The notes beneath the pieces were generated by a model. The model was not told the DNA's origin and did no database searches. It saw nothing but the letters and a program-made list of their open reading frames with translations. The position numbers and the translations under genes are program-made. DNA of 63,633 bases, the filler included, from Phoronis australis (Eukaryota > Animalia > Phoronida), in the NCBI GenBank assembly GCA_002633005.1. It is 7 parts of 7 records of this genome, joined end to end, with 100 filler letters (N's around TTAATTAATTAA, not from the genome) between each part and the next. Parts side by side here need not be neighbours in the genome. Positions count along the whole stretch, not along the records: positions 25,443 to 43,818 come from NMRA01000889.1; positions 43,919 to 57,014 come from NMRA01001005.1; 5 more parts are not named here. One strand, 5' to 3'. Positions 39,343 through 52,159 of the stretch are shown here, one piece after another (the stretch's first letter is position 1; each line of letters begins with the position of its first letter).

Positions 39343-41756
39343 CCGTAATCGTTCGGGTTAACGCCCTGGGCGGTTAAATTGGTGAATCCAAAAAATCGGG
39401 GGAGGGCGGTTAACCAAGCAGTGGGCGGTTAAATCGAAAATCCACCTAAAGTGGGGGATGGGCGGTTAATCGAACATGGGCGCTTATTACGACAGACAAC
39501 CGCCCTGGGCGGTTAATCTTACCTGGCGATCTAAATCCCCACACGACAATCATACTCGGAATGCGTAGCCCTTTTCAAAGAGCTTTATCGTCACGTCGCC
39601 AAATGACTGTGAAAACATCATAACAGCGGATGATCCCAACAAAGGTTCTCTTGCCCTCAGATTAGTCATTCACTATTAAATTTACAAAATTGCTGAGTAA
39701 TAGCCCGTTCCGTCCTGCGGTGCGCAGACGACCAGTCACTACGCAGCCTCCACTAGAATTAAAACTGTTTCAAGATGTGACCCTGCTTAAGTGCGCGCGT
39801 GCAAGCTTCACGTGTTGCAGAGGTCAGACATCAAATTTATGGTTACAGTCTCGTACTATATGTAGCTGTCAAGTTCCGACTCAGAGAGCAGTTTTAAAAT
39901 TGGTTGTAATAAAAGTTTGAAAAACTTAACTCTGCTGTTTTTTTGTGTTTGGGATGTTATAGTCGACACTCCGTGACTCAATGACATTTTCAGCGTATGG
40001 TTCTGCGGCTAGCTGTCTTATCTCGACAGCCCGGCATTGCTCTCTTGCCGTTGCGCCAAACATGCTATGCAAAGAAGTAAGACAAGGATCGGGGGTGGTC
40101 GAGCCAGTCGTCGATCAAGAATAAAATTTCAAGCAACTGCATAAATATGTTACAAAATGTCAGAAAACAGCAATGTTTCAATTCATTATTCTAAACGATC
40201 ACCTTACCAAACTTCGTGGTGGAAAAACATTTATTTTTCATGCAAGATGTCCAGATTATCCTATTTATATCACTTGTAATATCGCACTGCGGCACTGTTC
40301 GGTCCCGCTGTTATCGCGCAATGTCTCAGTCGGCTGACAATCGTGACTTGGAAATGCCGTCAAGTAATATAACGGCCTCTTTCAATATGCATCTCGTTTT
40401 TTATGGCCAAAGATAGTGGCGGTATTCAGCACGCACGTAGGGCCTACGTGTGAGTCACCTGTCAATAACATGTTGGTGTCAAGGTAACATGCACTCCAAA
40501 GTGTGGGAACTTGCGCACGTGCACCAGTACAAATCACTCACACATAGCGACAGTCCGACGAAGTAACAAAAACGGGCGTGACTATGTACTTTTTAGCTGT
40601 TGTACGAACGACCCAGTTCTTCCTCCGTTGCCAATGTTCCCCAAAACTGCAATGTCAAGTCTATTCCCATATTTCCCGGCTCAATGCTCCCTAAGCCCAT
40701 TCCTGTAACTAGCTGCGTGAATCTCCTACCCACTATCGTCAAGCAGTCTAAGTCATAGATATTTCAGACTGAATGGTACGAATTTTTGTTCAGGCTGAAA
40801 ATGGCCAATGTATAAACATAATTATTCTGGATGGCTAAAAAGGGGATGTGGAAACTATAATTCACAGTCACGCTTACGTGGGGGCTGATGCAAGAAATAG
40901 TAAAGAACAGCCAGCGACATTAGTTAAATCTGCTAACCAGTTTGACTGAGATGCAATAAGCGAAAAACAAAATTTGACCAGCCATTTTTTATTACTTCAA
41001 GATCATACACAAACATACATTATTGCCAACGTTTGAATTCAGAAATCGACAGGCAGCAACGAAATCAGTAACCCAGTAAGGCACTTGTATTGTCCCTTCG
41101 GTCGCCCCACATCCTCTATAACCCGGCAGTTATATTCATCAAAATATTGAGAATTTGACATCTTTCCGTGAGTTGTGAGATTTGTTCAAAATACGAGAGC
41201 TTCCCACCTTTATAGAATTTAGAGGGTTGGCAAAACCATCGTCACATTTCTCTGGCCTGATTTTTTCGAATATATGTTTTATCTAGTGCACTGCAGACGG
41301 AAACTCAGCGCCACAGACAAAGTCGCTGAAAGCGGAGGTTTTGACGCCAGCGGCGTTCTTAAACTTTGCAAACAAGGGAAGAAAATAAAGTGATAAAAGG
41401 TTCAAGTATTATATTTTGAAGTGAGTTCATGACCCAAGACAATAACTCATTACCTGTATTGTAATTCAGATTGCTAAACCACCGTCTCAGAGTCCCGGCG
41501 TCGCTGCACTCATTGTGATCATCGATCTTTTTCTAAAAGTCGGGGAATCACGCGTTTCCTTAGCACTAGGCGCTAAATCTTCATTCTTTAAAAGTCGGGG
41601 ATGGGCGCTTAACCAAGAGGTGGGCGCTTAACTGGAAATCTTCAAAAATCGCAGGGGGGGGCGCTTAACCGAGCAGTGGGCGGTTAAATCGAAAATCCAC
41701 TTAAAGTCGGGGATGGGCGGTTAACTGAGCATGGGCGTTAACCCGAACGATTACGG
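39343..41756. mobile_element. Non-autonomous Tc1/mariner (pogo-like) element, 24-bp perfect TIR, TA TSD
   Basis: TA|CCGTAATCGTTCGGGTTAACGCCC ... GGGCGTTAACCCGAACGATTACGG|TA; GGGCG(G/C)TTAA subterminal motifs; no transposase ORF. Confidence 0.9.
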
Positions 41757-42339
41757 TATATACTTGACCCAGGAAAATTAAGCCTGAAAGGTGAATGACT
41801 AATGCACTACACTGTGGGTAAATATTGTGGAATTAGAATTACAATATCTTGAAATTTGTGCGACCATTCACATACTGGCAACAGCGCTAGCAGTTTCACT
41901 CCCACCTTCGTTGGTAGCAAAAACACGAGTAATCTGATGTTATGTAGGACCCCGGAAAATTCGATCAGCAATATCTAAAGTATGATGTTCCGAAGCTAGT
42001 CAGATTAGGACATTATTCAAAGGTCCTTCATAATCCTATATTGTGAATAAGGCAAACTATGTACACATTTCAAACTCTCATCAATATAGAGCCGCTTAAC
42101 ACGAGAGACAATAATGTCAGTTGTCACGGTGCGACTTACTTCACTTTAGTTGCATTTACATGACATTAGATTGCAAACCGAATCAGCGTGAGTCACTTAC
42201 AAGAAGACTGTCTGTACATGCTCACATCAATAATAGCGAATGTCTAAACCATGTGGAATGCCTGCTGATCACCCGAATATACGCTACTGTGCAAGCGGAT
42301 CGAAAGATTATCTATTTCTGCCCTGCCCCAGTTGTGTTT

Positions 42340-42520
42340 AGAGGTGTAGTTGACACTGGTGTAACTGATCGAGTGTTAGAAGCTCAACCTATCGAACTGG
42401 TGTCAAAAACTGGCCGTCACGGTGTCACTTGCTCCGTGTCACTCGTGTTTACACACACACTTGTACCGGAGCAGCTGTTTCGTGTTAGCTACGCCGGGTC
42501 ATCTGTCTCTCGTATAAATG
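42340..42520 (+). repeat. Dispersed repeat family B copy 2
   Basis: GTGTCA.AAACTGGCCG..GGTGTCACT..GTGTTTACACACACACTTG..GGAGCAGCTGTT, as at 30470-30550. Confidence 0.75.
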
Positions 42521-43818
42521 CGGTTTTGGACACATATATCTTGCAAATGAATGTTTATAATATTAATTTTTCATAATTTTTTAAAAATTGTAAATATCCT
42601 TAAAGTAACGCTTTTACCATTTTCAGTGGTTGCTACCAGACAATATCATTGCATAGTACACTTACACTGGCATCTCAATCAGATTGTTTCCATGGAGGAA
42701 TTGTTCGCCTCTTTGAACACTTGCAAACTGGCATTAGCATTCATAGGCAAGCACTGAGTTAATCCAACATTAGGAGCTGGCTTGTACATTTTACTGCTTA
42801 GATTCTTACTACATTGTCAAAATTAAATTGATTTTAGTTGCTTTTACTAATAAGGAAATTGTGGCATGTAGTTAGTGCTGCTGAATTGATGTTGTGTATA
42901 GAACACTGAGGAAGTAATGTCCACAGACACTTGTATAATACTACATTACCAGACAAAAGTTATGAGACCAAGTACCATTTCTCCCATCTCGATGGGTTAT
43001 TTAGTCAGTAGCGAAAATGACTTAAAAACTAATAGGGTGACGAAATTTTAATTACAGAATGTCTTTGCCACCTTCATTCTCGGTCATAAGGGAAGACTAC
43101 ACAAATCTTACAATGAATTTGGCTTCCGTCCAGTCGTCATGACGGAGAATTCCGAGTCATTTCATCTGCATGCTTTTGGCTTGTACTGTAGGTGTGAAGT
43201 CTGGACGCTAGCAACAATGTAAGAGATTAAAAAAAAATTTAAAAAGGGTTATTGTCGTAATTATTGTTATTTGAAGTTAGTTATATGTCTCTGTAATCAT
43301 GGTAAAGGTATTTCGCAATCTTGGTTTATAATGTTATAAATTTTTCGCTTGTGAATTTTTACGAGATATCTGATAGTCCATTAGAATTAGCTGCTGAGAA
43401 TGACCGTCCACAAACTGTTAGTCAACCCAGCACCAGTCTTTCCACTGCAGCCCCTCTTTACATAATAGTCAGTTGTGCAAAATGTTATTTTTGTCGAATC
43501 TCAATTGATTACCATGCGTGAGTAGGGTCTAACTGCAAACTATATTGTTTACACCAGTCTCTCAAGGGATTCTCTTCCCCATAACTGATGGCGTGTTGAT
43601 GCCATATGCTCAAAGTAAAAACTACTGTAATACAGGTAGTACGTAAACAACTAAAAATTGTTGGTCCTCTGGCACGTCTTTCGTTAACTTACCTGAAACC
43701 ACAGTTACAGTAATTCTCCACATATTTCGCACACTCACCTCATTTTGCACACCCAAAATTATGAGAATGTAGCATACATACACTAATGTCTTCCAAGTAT
43801 AAATGCCCCTCTTTTGCA

Positions 43819-43918
43819 NNNNNNNNNNNNNNNNNNNNNNNNNNNNNNNNNNNNNNNNNNNNTTAATTAATTAANNNNNNNNNNNNNNNNNNNNNNNNNN
43901 NNNNNNNNNNNNNNNNNN
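43819..43918. other. Artificial contig spacer / assembly gap
   Basis: 44N+TTAATTAATTAA+44N. Confidence 0.98.
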
Positions 43919-45537
43919 TTAACCTGTATCGAGTTGACAGCATAAATATTCAGCATTGATTGATGTAACTGTCACTGATAAACTTTTAGAAATCATTCCA
44001 AACAATAATAATGCTTTGATGTACGAAAAGATCCCGATTGCTACGTCAAGTATCGTATCACATATCACAGCATACAAAGATTAACCAGACTCTGGCTGGC
44101 GACTGACTGCCGCGAAGTCGACATCGGCGAGTACCTCAGTTAACAGGCATCGGTAGAATAATCATGTAATAATCGTTAAAATGATCACAAACCTTACCTT
44201 TGTATGAGGTCGTGCTCACTTCCTCTCATAGAAGCACCCTTTTTACACAATCTCAGATTCAGTTGGCACGGCTGCAAGCCATTTAATCATGTATTTAAAG
44301 GGCTTGCGAAATCGAGGCTGTTAATCTATCACCACTAGTACACGCACGCCCTCTAGTGATTGTAGATTTTCCGAATAGCCCCATTGACAGATCGTTTTTT
44401 TAAATTCGAAGCTAAGCATCAAAGAACCGTAAAAATACCCGGCGAATAGGATGAATTATGTTTCAGTGGCAGAGGACCACTTTGCATTATGCGATTTAAT
44501 TTGTTTTTCGCGTTCCAGGCCTCTTTAAGGAACTTCTAGCACTTATCAAAAGATAGACCAAAAAGATGATAATGCAAATATTTCAATTCGTCTTCACCTA
44601 ATGCACAGTTTGCAAATGAGCTTTTCTGCGCATGTAGTTTTGCCAAGATTATTTATTAAAATAAATTTCAGTTATACGGACTTTTGAAACTTGGTTGTGG
44701 AATTAAAACTACCGACTAAAAAGTAGTGTCTATGCAAAACAGCGTTTATGACCCGAACCATGAGTACTGCAGGTACTTTTGAAAGACGCTCAGGCCAACA
44801 TATCGGTTATTTCTGACCAGTGCAAAGGACCATGGCAAACTTGTCTTATAGTGTATTTATAAACAAGAGAAATGTTTCATGACTGTGCTTACAAAAAACT
44901 ATTTAATGCAACATAAAATTTAAAATCGTGTCCAATCCACAGCTTTCTTTAATTTACTACACTGTTTCTTAGCACTAGTTCTCCACTCATCCGTCAGTTT
45001 ATTTACTCATCGGCAGAGAAAATATGTTAGGAAACCTCGAGCCTATAGAAAATGCTTTTGTTTTGAAAAAGAACACTGGACGGTGGCCGTAAATTTCACC
45101 TATTTTTGGCAATTTGTAACAAAATTACAAAAACAAGGGATTTCTTGTTTTATAGTAACTTTAAGAAGTCTGTTCCATTCAAGAAATGCTACACAGGGTT
45201 ATATATACACACTGTACATGTGAGCTATTCACTGAGAATTAGGCGTTACTAAAGTGATGTCCACAGTCGCACAGATAACTTGGAATATGCTGATGACTAC
45301 CTGAGGCGAATGGCCAAGATAAATACGAAAACGGATACAGAAGAAGACTTGCACCCTCCACATGATGTTGAATCTTTGAGACGACTGAAAGAAGCTGTAT
45401 CAAAACTCAATTTAATGCAGCAATGGTTCCCGCGTATTGGAGGACAGTATAAAGTTGGCCAAATCTCAGCTGTTTCGCAGCGCCAACGTCTTCCTTGCTT
45501 CAACTCAGATAGCAATGACTGAGGTAATGCGTAAGTG

Positions 45538-45833
45538 CTATCTTCTCTGAGCAGGACTCGTTATAATCTCATATCCGCTCTCGTTATCTTCTACACTTAC
45601 ACTGGGCAGTTTCTCATACTCTCCCTGTGAATGCGCCTCTCTATTTGCCAGTCCTTCATAAATGGAGGCTTGTGTCACGTTGACGCACGCCGCGTCTTCA
45701 GGTTGTAAATAGACAGGGGGCTGCAATTCTGAGTAGGCTTCATTTTCTTGACCCTGAGCTCCGACAACTCGTTCAGGTGGATCCATCGTCATTATCTTTT
45801 CCAACATAATTCCGTTGCGGCCAAGAGGCACTC
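45538..45833 (-). CDS. Ig-domain receptor, last exon (Tyr-motif cytoplasmic tail)
   Basis: ttgacag acceptor (phase 1); GVPLGRNG..EAYSEL..PVYLQP..SIYEGL..GEYEKL..SGYEIITSPAQRR*. Confidence 0.8.
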
Positions 45834-46215
45834 CTGTCAAAGTATAATGTTGAGGGTATCGTACATGTATAATGAAATATTCCAAGATTTCACACTGAAG
45901 CCAAAACCAGACATTCATTCTCTGAATAAAACTTGACACTGGTGGATGGTATACCGCCGGAACATGTCGCTGCTTTTCAGGAAATTTGTTGTCTTAATTC
46001 AAACTTTGTTTGTGTTTGGCAGTGAAAAATCTTTCGGTAACAGCACATTTGTGCTATGGAGAAAGCTACAATTAACATTTATGGTTAGTAACGAAATTTT
46101 GGAACAAGTTATAGAGTATTATGTGCAATAATCGAAAAGGTCATGAAAAAGAAAGTTTTTAGCGACGTTTTTAAAACATAATCGACATGAGTGCGGTTGT
46201 AGTGAAAACATTTAC

Positions 46216-46347
46216 CTATTAGCCTCACTGTCAAGTCGTCAATGGAAAGTTCCTCCATAGAGTTTGTTGCAAGCTCTTCTCCGCCGACTGCTGGACGAGC
46301 AGGTCTACGCACTCGCAATCTCAATGACTCAAGCAAAGTAGCAACGT
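46216..46347 (-). CDS. Ig-domain receptor, cytoplasmic exon
   Basis: ttatag acceptor, DVATLLESLRLRVRRPARP..DDLTVRLI, GTAAAT donor; phase 1/1. Confidence 0.7.
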
Positions 46348-46466
46348 CTATAACCAAAAATGAGGTTTGATTTGATACCATAGAGGGAATATTGAATTAA
46401 AATTAGCAAAAGACAATTGTTAAAAAAGAAATGAAAATTTTGAAATTGAAATGTAATTTTGCTTAC

Positions 46467-46506
46467 CAGGTCTCCCGCATGCAGCACTTGTAATCTCCGT
46501 TTCAAC
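46467..46506 (-). CDS. Ig-domain receptor, 40-nt cytoplasmic exon
   Basis: attgttag|VETEITSAACGRP|GTAAGC; phase 0/1, which reconciles the flanking exons. Confidence 0.7.
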
Positions 46507-47004
46507 CTAACAATACAAATTCTCATAGTTAATTCTCGATCCAACAATTGGCAGCCTTTGCTGTGCACTGAATTTGGACGGAACTTGTTTCAGTTTTGCT
46601 TTTTCTTTCTTCCTCAAGCGAGGTTATAGCGACTCGGTTGCGCCTTGATATGCAACTAAATTGTAAGACCTCTACACACGTTAGAAGTGTGATCATTAGA
46701 TAGTCCCACCGTCTTAACCGGCCCAGTAGTTGTTTTCAGGGACAACTTGTAAATGTGACAACAAAAAATGCACTCATGATGTAGATGTACCTTGGGGGCT
46801 CATATAAGACGCATCATGCAGTGCTATTCCCCACCTCGATACTTACTGGACACGGATGAGTGAATTACAGAGGATCATTTTCCACACAAACTCATCCGTA
46901 AAAACATTTGGCAATTTTCAACCTACGTCATATGCACATGTTGTGTTTCTAACTTATTTGACCACACAATCACAGATAAGGAATTAGCGTGAAAATTCCA
47001 ATTT

Positions 47005-47168
47005 AAAACTCTTCCAAGATCAAACACCTACTCCCACAATCAATTTTTTTCTTCGAACAGTCCTTCGTTCAGTTCTCAAATGGGTAACTGATCATTTTTT
47101 CACCGAACAACGGACTGTTCAAAGAAAAGTTTGATTGCGGTAGTATTTGTTCGAGCTAGAAGAGTTTA
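47005..47168. mobile_element. Hairpin MITE (~65-bp imperfect arms) in an intron
   Basis: AAACTCTTC..CAATCAA..GAACAGTCC..GTTC / GAAC..GGACTGTTC..TTGATTG..GAAGAGTTT. Confidence 0.7.
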
Positions 47169-48269
47169 TCAACGATGTCCTAAGATTTCCTCTATGCCGT
47201 GCAAGAGATATTTATGAGCAACATGACTTTGATGATTTAATCAGTGTGAGTCATAATTCGTCGAAAACCATCTGGCATATGGCGGCAATTTGAGACGGTG
47301 GCACTATGTGATTACATGCTTAACTTGTAAATTGCATGGCAATATCTCACGAAAATGGGCCTGATCTACAAGTTTCGTGTGTCTACAAAACACAACCCTG
47401 GTATTCATAATTTTTCGTACGACGTCATAATGTGTCTATATAAGCTCAGCTGACATGTAGTAATCACTGTACATGATAATGTCACTCGCAAATGGACGAA
47501 AATGGACATCACTCACAGTTCATCCAGAGCAACGCGTATTTACACGAAACAACATCTTAAAACAATTTCTCAGGGTATGGGCAGGGACTGAGTTCAACCT
47601 CAGTTTGACACAAAGACAAAACGGTGTACACGTTCCACCTTCACCCCATGCACGAATAATCAGACGTCATAATGCTGTTTGCTTCCCCTGGACCGACCCT
47701 CAGTGACCTGAGATAAGTACATGCATAACAATCTGCATGTATTTTTCGCATTCCATTCCTAAGGGAGGCCACAGATACCGACTCTCTCCTTCCGGTGGCT
47801 GTCGACTTCACGTTGCCGCCGGCCCTAAGTCCTCACCGATGTCACGCTGCCGCCATTCGGTCGTCACCAATTCTGTGCCCTCTTACAACAATTTACTTCG
47901 TAAGCCTACACTGGCGTATAAATCTTTGGCTTAGATTAGGACAGATTAAGTCTAAGGCCACAGTTCAGGTATCCCGAAATGACGAATGAGAACGGGTAAA
48001 TTTTGACAACAATTTTGTGGACTTAATGTTATTTGGAAGTTCATTGGAGTTGTTTTTAGTAGATAAAGTATCATCCGGTGGACTTAGAAACTCAGAGACG
48101 CGACTTTTCTGATTTTTTTCGTCTTTGAGAAACCCCATCGAATGTGCCATTTTCCAAGTGCAAACGCAGGGTCATATTGACCCAGACTAGTGATAACGTT
48201 AAAATCAACCATTCCAACTGTGGTCTTCGTCCTCATCTCCACAAGTAACCAAATGCCACATTTTCAAGC

Positions 48270-48488
48270 GAAAAAAGCATGATGTTATATTGTAACATTG
48301 GACTCAAAGGCAATGCCAAGCGACTAGAGGACTGTTTATAAAAAGTTCTTTGACTTCCGCTCGATAATTTGCTCTTTTGTAGAACTATTTTGAGTGGAAT
48401 CACACAATGTCGTCGATTTCCACGACACGTTTGGCAGTTCTAGGTGAGACAACTCGAGGACGAGGCGGTCTCGCCACCTGGTAACTAC
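48270..48488 (+). repeat. Dispersed repeat family D copy 2
   Basis: Homologous to 37310-37532. Confidence 0.85.
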
Positions 48489-48892
48489 CCCCCCCCCATC
48501 CACTAGGCAGACCACCCACCGCACTCATTTTTGTTGCAACAAAAGATTTGCCATCATATTTTGAGCGGCGAACAAAAAGTTGTTGTTGTGATGTTTACTG
48601 GCAACGCTCCGAGACTTGCAAGCAATGGCAAGTTTGGCCGGTTTCATTGCTCACGAAAGTCTCGCACCAATATTTCTGAATAGAAGCTAACCACCTGCCT
48701 ACTTCATAATTACATGTAAGTCAAAGACTCCAACAATCGTCTTTGTGGAAACGAGATGGCTCAACTGAAAAAATCATATTACCTAAACGGTACTCAATAA
48801 CACTTGGTGTAGTTTACGGACTTGTTCCTTTTCGGGGTTTGCTAAGATTTCTGAAGTTACAGAAAAAGAACGAGTTCGTGAAATGACCTCAC

Positions 48893-48992
48893 CGTCTTGT
48901 TTGTACACGTGACAGCGTATGCGCTGGATGCAACTTCTGATGTCTGGTGTGAAGATGGCCGCTCCGGTCGTTTGGCACATGATCGGCAAATA
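48893..48992 (-). CDS. Ig-domain receptor, juxtamembrane cytoplasmic exon
   Basis: ttttttctttag|ICRSCAKRPERPSSHQTSEVASSAYAVTCTNKT|GTGAG; phase 2/0. Confidence 0.72.
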
Positions 48993-50012
48993 CTAAAGAA
49001 AAAAGTAATAATATTTAAATACAGAGAGCCCAAGATCACACTGTTATTTTTAGCCATTGCACCGTTCATCATTTATCCACGAGATGCATATTTAGCCACG
49101 GCAATATAAAAAATAAAGACAATCTGTTTTGTCAAAAAGAAGTTACCTCAAATATTCCCAACGTGGTGAAGTTCTTTGCATTGCCAAAAAGTACAGCGGA
49201 GACATTACGTTGGAGACGATGAGATACTTCCAATTCGCGTTTTACCATTTTCATATATATTTAAATTTGAGATGACAGTTCAGATAAAGCGATTATGGAG
49301 ATCACTACTTTTGCTAAAGGCATAAATTTCAACACAAAACGGCAAAATCAGCGACCTCATCTAGCAATCAAATTCCAAATTCATCTTCCGCAAGGACACC
49401 GAGAATCGATTCCAATAACGTCTTGGCACTGACTACATACGGACGGCGCAAACAAACATTCTTTCTACTGAGAATTTCCCCAAACAGACATCAAGTAGAG
49501 TAATAATATGCCCATAGGCAAGAACAACTTATTGGAGACACAGTTAAGCTGCTAATAGTATCCGGAGGTGTTTGTTCTTTAAACGTGCGCCAGACCCTTC
49601 CTCTCTTAGAGAGAAGCGATAGTTAGATGCCCGGCATTCATTTATTTCAGTCCTACGGCAGGCCAACGTGGGATATCGTACAATATGGGAAACGGAAAAA
49701 TCGCCCAAGCCAATCGTCGGCTCTAAACTAGTGTGGTGTTTTTACACGATGTTATGTATGATTTTGCACACCACTTGCAACATTGTGTTTTCCTTCCTAG
49801 ACGGCACCCAGACAACATGACAACTCTATTAGAACATCTATTAGAAGGGTGCCGCTGTTAGAGGGCGCTTCTGTTTTAGACTCGACTACTATTAGACTAT
49901 TAGAAGCTATACGGTACGTTTCCCAAAATAAACAATGTCAGGGAGACACAGAAAGTTTTGGTAGGTTTTGATATGTCAACATCTTAACTGGCGGTAGCCT
50001 CGGTACCAATAC

Positions 50013-50157
50013 CCGCTTCTTCCAAATCCAGGCAGCATGAGGATTTTTCTTCGCATGAGAATCAGCATAATGGCGAGCAACAAAATGATCACTGCACACA
50101 GTGAGATGGTAATGCCAACTTTTGCATCACATGTTATGTCTTCTTGTAGACTGGGAA
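50013..50157 (-). CDS. Ig-domain receptor, transmembrane exon
   Basis: gttttcag acceptor (phase 1); PSLQEDITCDAKVGITISLCAVIILLLAIMLILMRRK (TM + basic stop-transfer); GTATT donor, phase 2. Confidence 0.8.
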
Positions 50158-50682
50158 CTGAAAACACAGGTCGGATACATTATTACAGAAACTGTATTGC
50201 TAAGCAACCAGTATTTGGATGTTAAATATCATAAACGTGATACAATATTGTACATGTCTAGGAACGTTCAAGGTAGTTAGGAAGTAATGAGGCGAAAAAT
50301 CGGTCGGACAGGCACAAGAAGACCTTCAACATCCAAGTTTGTATGTGCACGAAAACACATAGGAAAACTGAAAAATTGTAAAACGTTACGACACATTGCA
50401 GAAAAGAAATTTAAAACGACGCATATCTTCTGTTCCCCGTGTTGTCCCAACGGAACACTCTTAAAAGAGTTCCCACCATGATCGTGTGTTTCAAAAGGAA
50501 TTTTATTAATGCATCTGAAGAGATTTAATATCCTCTGGTATTTCTGTTGACATGAAACAAGCCAAAAATTAAAAAACATATGTTTCTGTAATTGGGTTTG
50601 TATGAAATGGGTGGAAGACCGTCTCCGCCGTTGTTGTATTCACCAGTGCGATACTGAGGAGTTGTGAGAACCGCCTTTTACA

Positions 50683-50927
50683 TACATGTGTTTGTTGAGG
50701 CTTTGGTAACATTAACTTGATTGAGAATGTGTCTGTGTTCAAATTCCCTATATACGTGAAAGTTGCACGGAAATGGCATCGGTTTGTTCGCCGCACGAGA
50801 GTGTGGAATGTCAGTGTGGAACAAGCGATGCAGTCGGAAGCCACTGCACACTTTGTTTGGCACATTTCAAAGAATCGTGTCTTGACCACACACAAAAACG
50901 GTGTCACGATGAAGGACTCGCCACCTT
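50683..50927 (+). pseudogene. THAP domain relic (transposase 5' exon)
   Basis: TCVC*GFGN..VSVFKFP..ARKWHRFVRRTRVW..(frameshift)TLCLAHFKESC, followed by GTAAGT; resembles 19800-20023. Confidence 0.75.
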
Positions 50928-51113
50928 GTAAGTGCATTTTTAAACTTTATAAATAATGAACAAACTGCTTCGATTCAAGAGCGAGTGATGCCAGGATCTC
51001 GACCCCGGCCCAGATTGGCTCATTCCTCATGTCAATAGTGAATACGAAAAACCCAGGTTTTCCTGTGGTCTTGGTCTGTAATTATTAAGTGTCTATTTTG
51101 TGAATATTAAGGA

Positions 51114-51903
51114 ATTGTTCTGAAACCCCTTCGACCCCAGACCCCTCAACCCCGTCGACCCACGACCCCCTCGACCCACGACCTGTAGCAACAGAGGTAT
51201 CTGTGTGCGTTTTACATATTTCTTAACTTATTATGTTGCTGGATGACTTTCCCATAAGACATACCTACACGCGAGTCTGTTCTGGTTGAAGTCTGGTGAT
51301 TAAAAACAGAAAGTGGTATGAGAACGCCGGTGGGCTTGAATAGCGCATAGTGAGCGCACTATTGTTGTCACGAAATAGTTCCTCGAGCAGCGATCAATGG
51401 CCCAGTTCTAATAAACTCAGTGAGAGTACGTTAACGTGAATGTTCATAATTTCATATTTTTGTTGTTTGCTTTATATTGTATACTCGTTTACAATATACT
51501 CCATATAACGTTGACATTTTTTTTATTTAACAATTTGTATTTTCAAACTGTATTTACTGGTGAAATTACAGTTTTGTCGGTCCCTCGCACTCTGCAATTT
51601 ACTGAAGAGTAGACGAGACGATTACACTCTGCCGGGAACGACATTTGTAAGTTTGGTACATGTAAGTGATTTGGTCGCGTTGTTTTTTTTCTGTTTTTGG
51701 CTCTCAAACTTGCCGAATCGACTGACTTAATTGCAAAAAACAGGGAAAAGCCAGCCGAGCTCACGGCTCAACTCATTAGTTCTAAGTTGTTTCTTGTTCT
51801 ATGTTCAGATCGATTCGAGATTGTGTATAGACTGGGTCGAGTGGGTTGTGGGTCGTGGGTCGAGGGGGTTGTGGGTCGTGGGTCGAAGGGCGTGGGGGCA
51901 ATC
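51114..51903. mobile_element. Nested element with inverted (TCGACCCACGACCC)n subterminal arrays
   Basis: 51127-51183 CCCTTCGACC..CGACCCACGACC versus 51833-51890 GGTCGTGGGTCG..GGTCGAAGGG. Confidence 0.6.
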
Positions 51904-52159
51904 AAATATTGACCACCCCTTGGTTCAGTTGGTTGTGGCTCACATGTGTCTGCAGCATTTCTCGTCTTGCAAGTGGGTCGAGTTCATACGGCCTCAAAGT
52001 TGACGAAAGTTCGGTAAATGGAAAATCGAATTCATTGTATGATTCTTCAACTTCAGTGTGATGCCCGTATCCACTCTCCTTTCTGTCTGCATACATGTAA
52101 CAATTATCCAGTTCTCGCTCAAAATCTTCTTTGTCTTCTGACCTGCTGGGTTCCGACAT
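51902..52159 (-). pseudogene. N-terminal exon of a P2X7-C/KolX-like accessory gene, truncated
   Basis: Acidic ORF MSEPSRSEDKEDFE..LRPYELDPL parallels acidic..VEPFSLDPI at 15.1-15.3 kb and occupies the same position next to the TIR. Confidence 0.55.

Noticed and set aside
42941-42970. Tc1-like TIR (TACATTACCAGACAAAAGTTATGAGACC)
   Set aside because: No partner end or transposase was found on this contig.
26000-43800. Many 60-150 aa ORFs, e.g. 42121-42576 and 37732-38085
   Set aside because: No domain signatures or consistent exon chains; several overlap repeats and are expected by chance.
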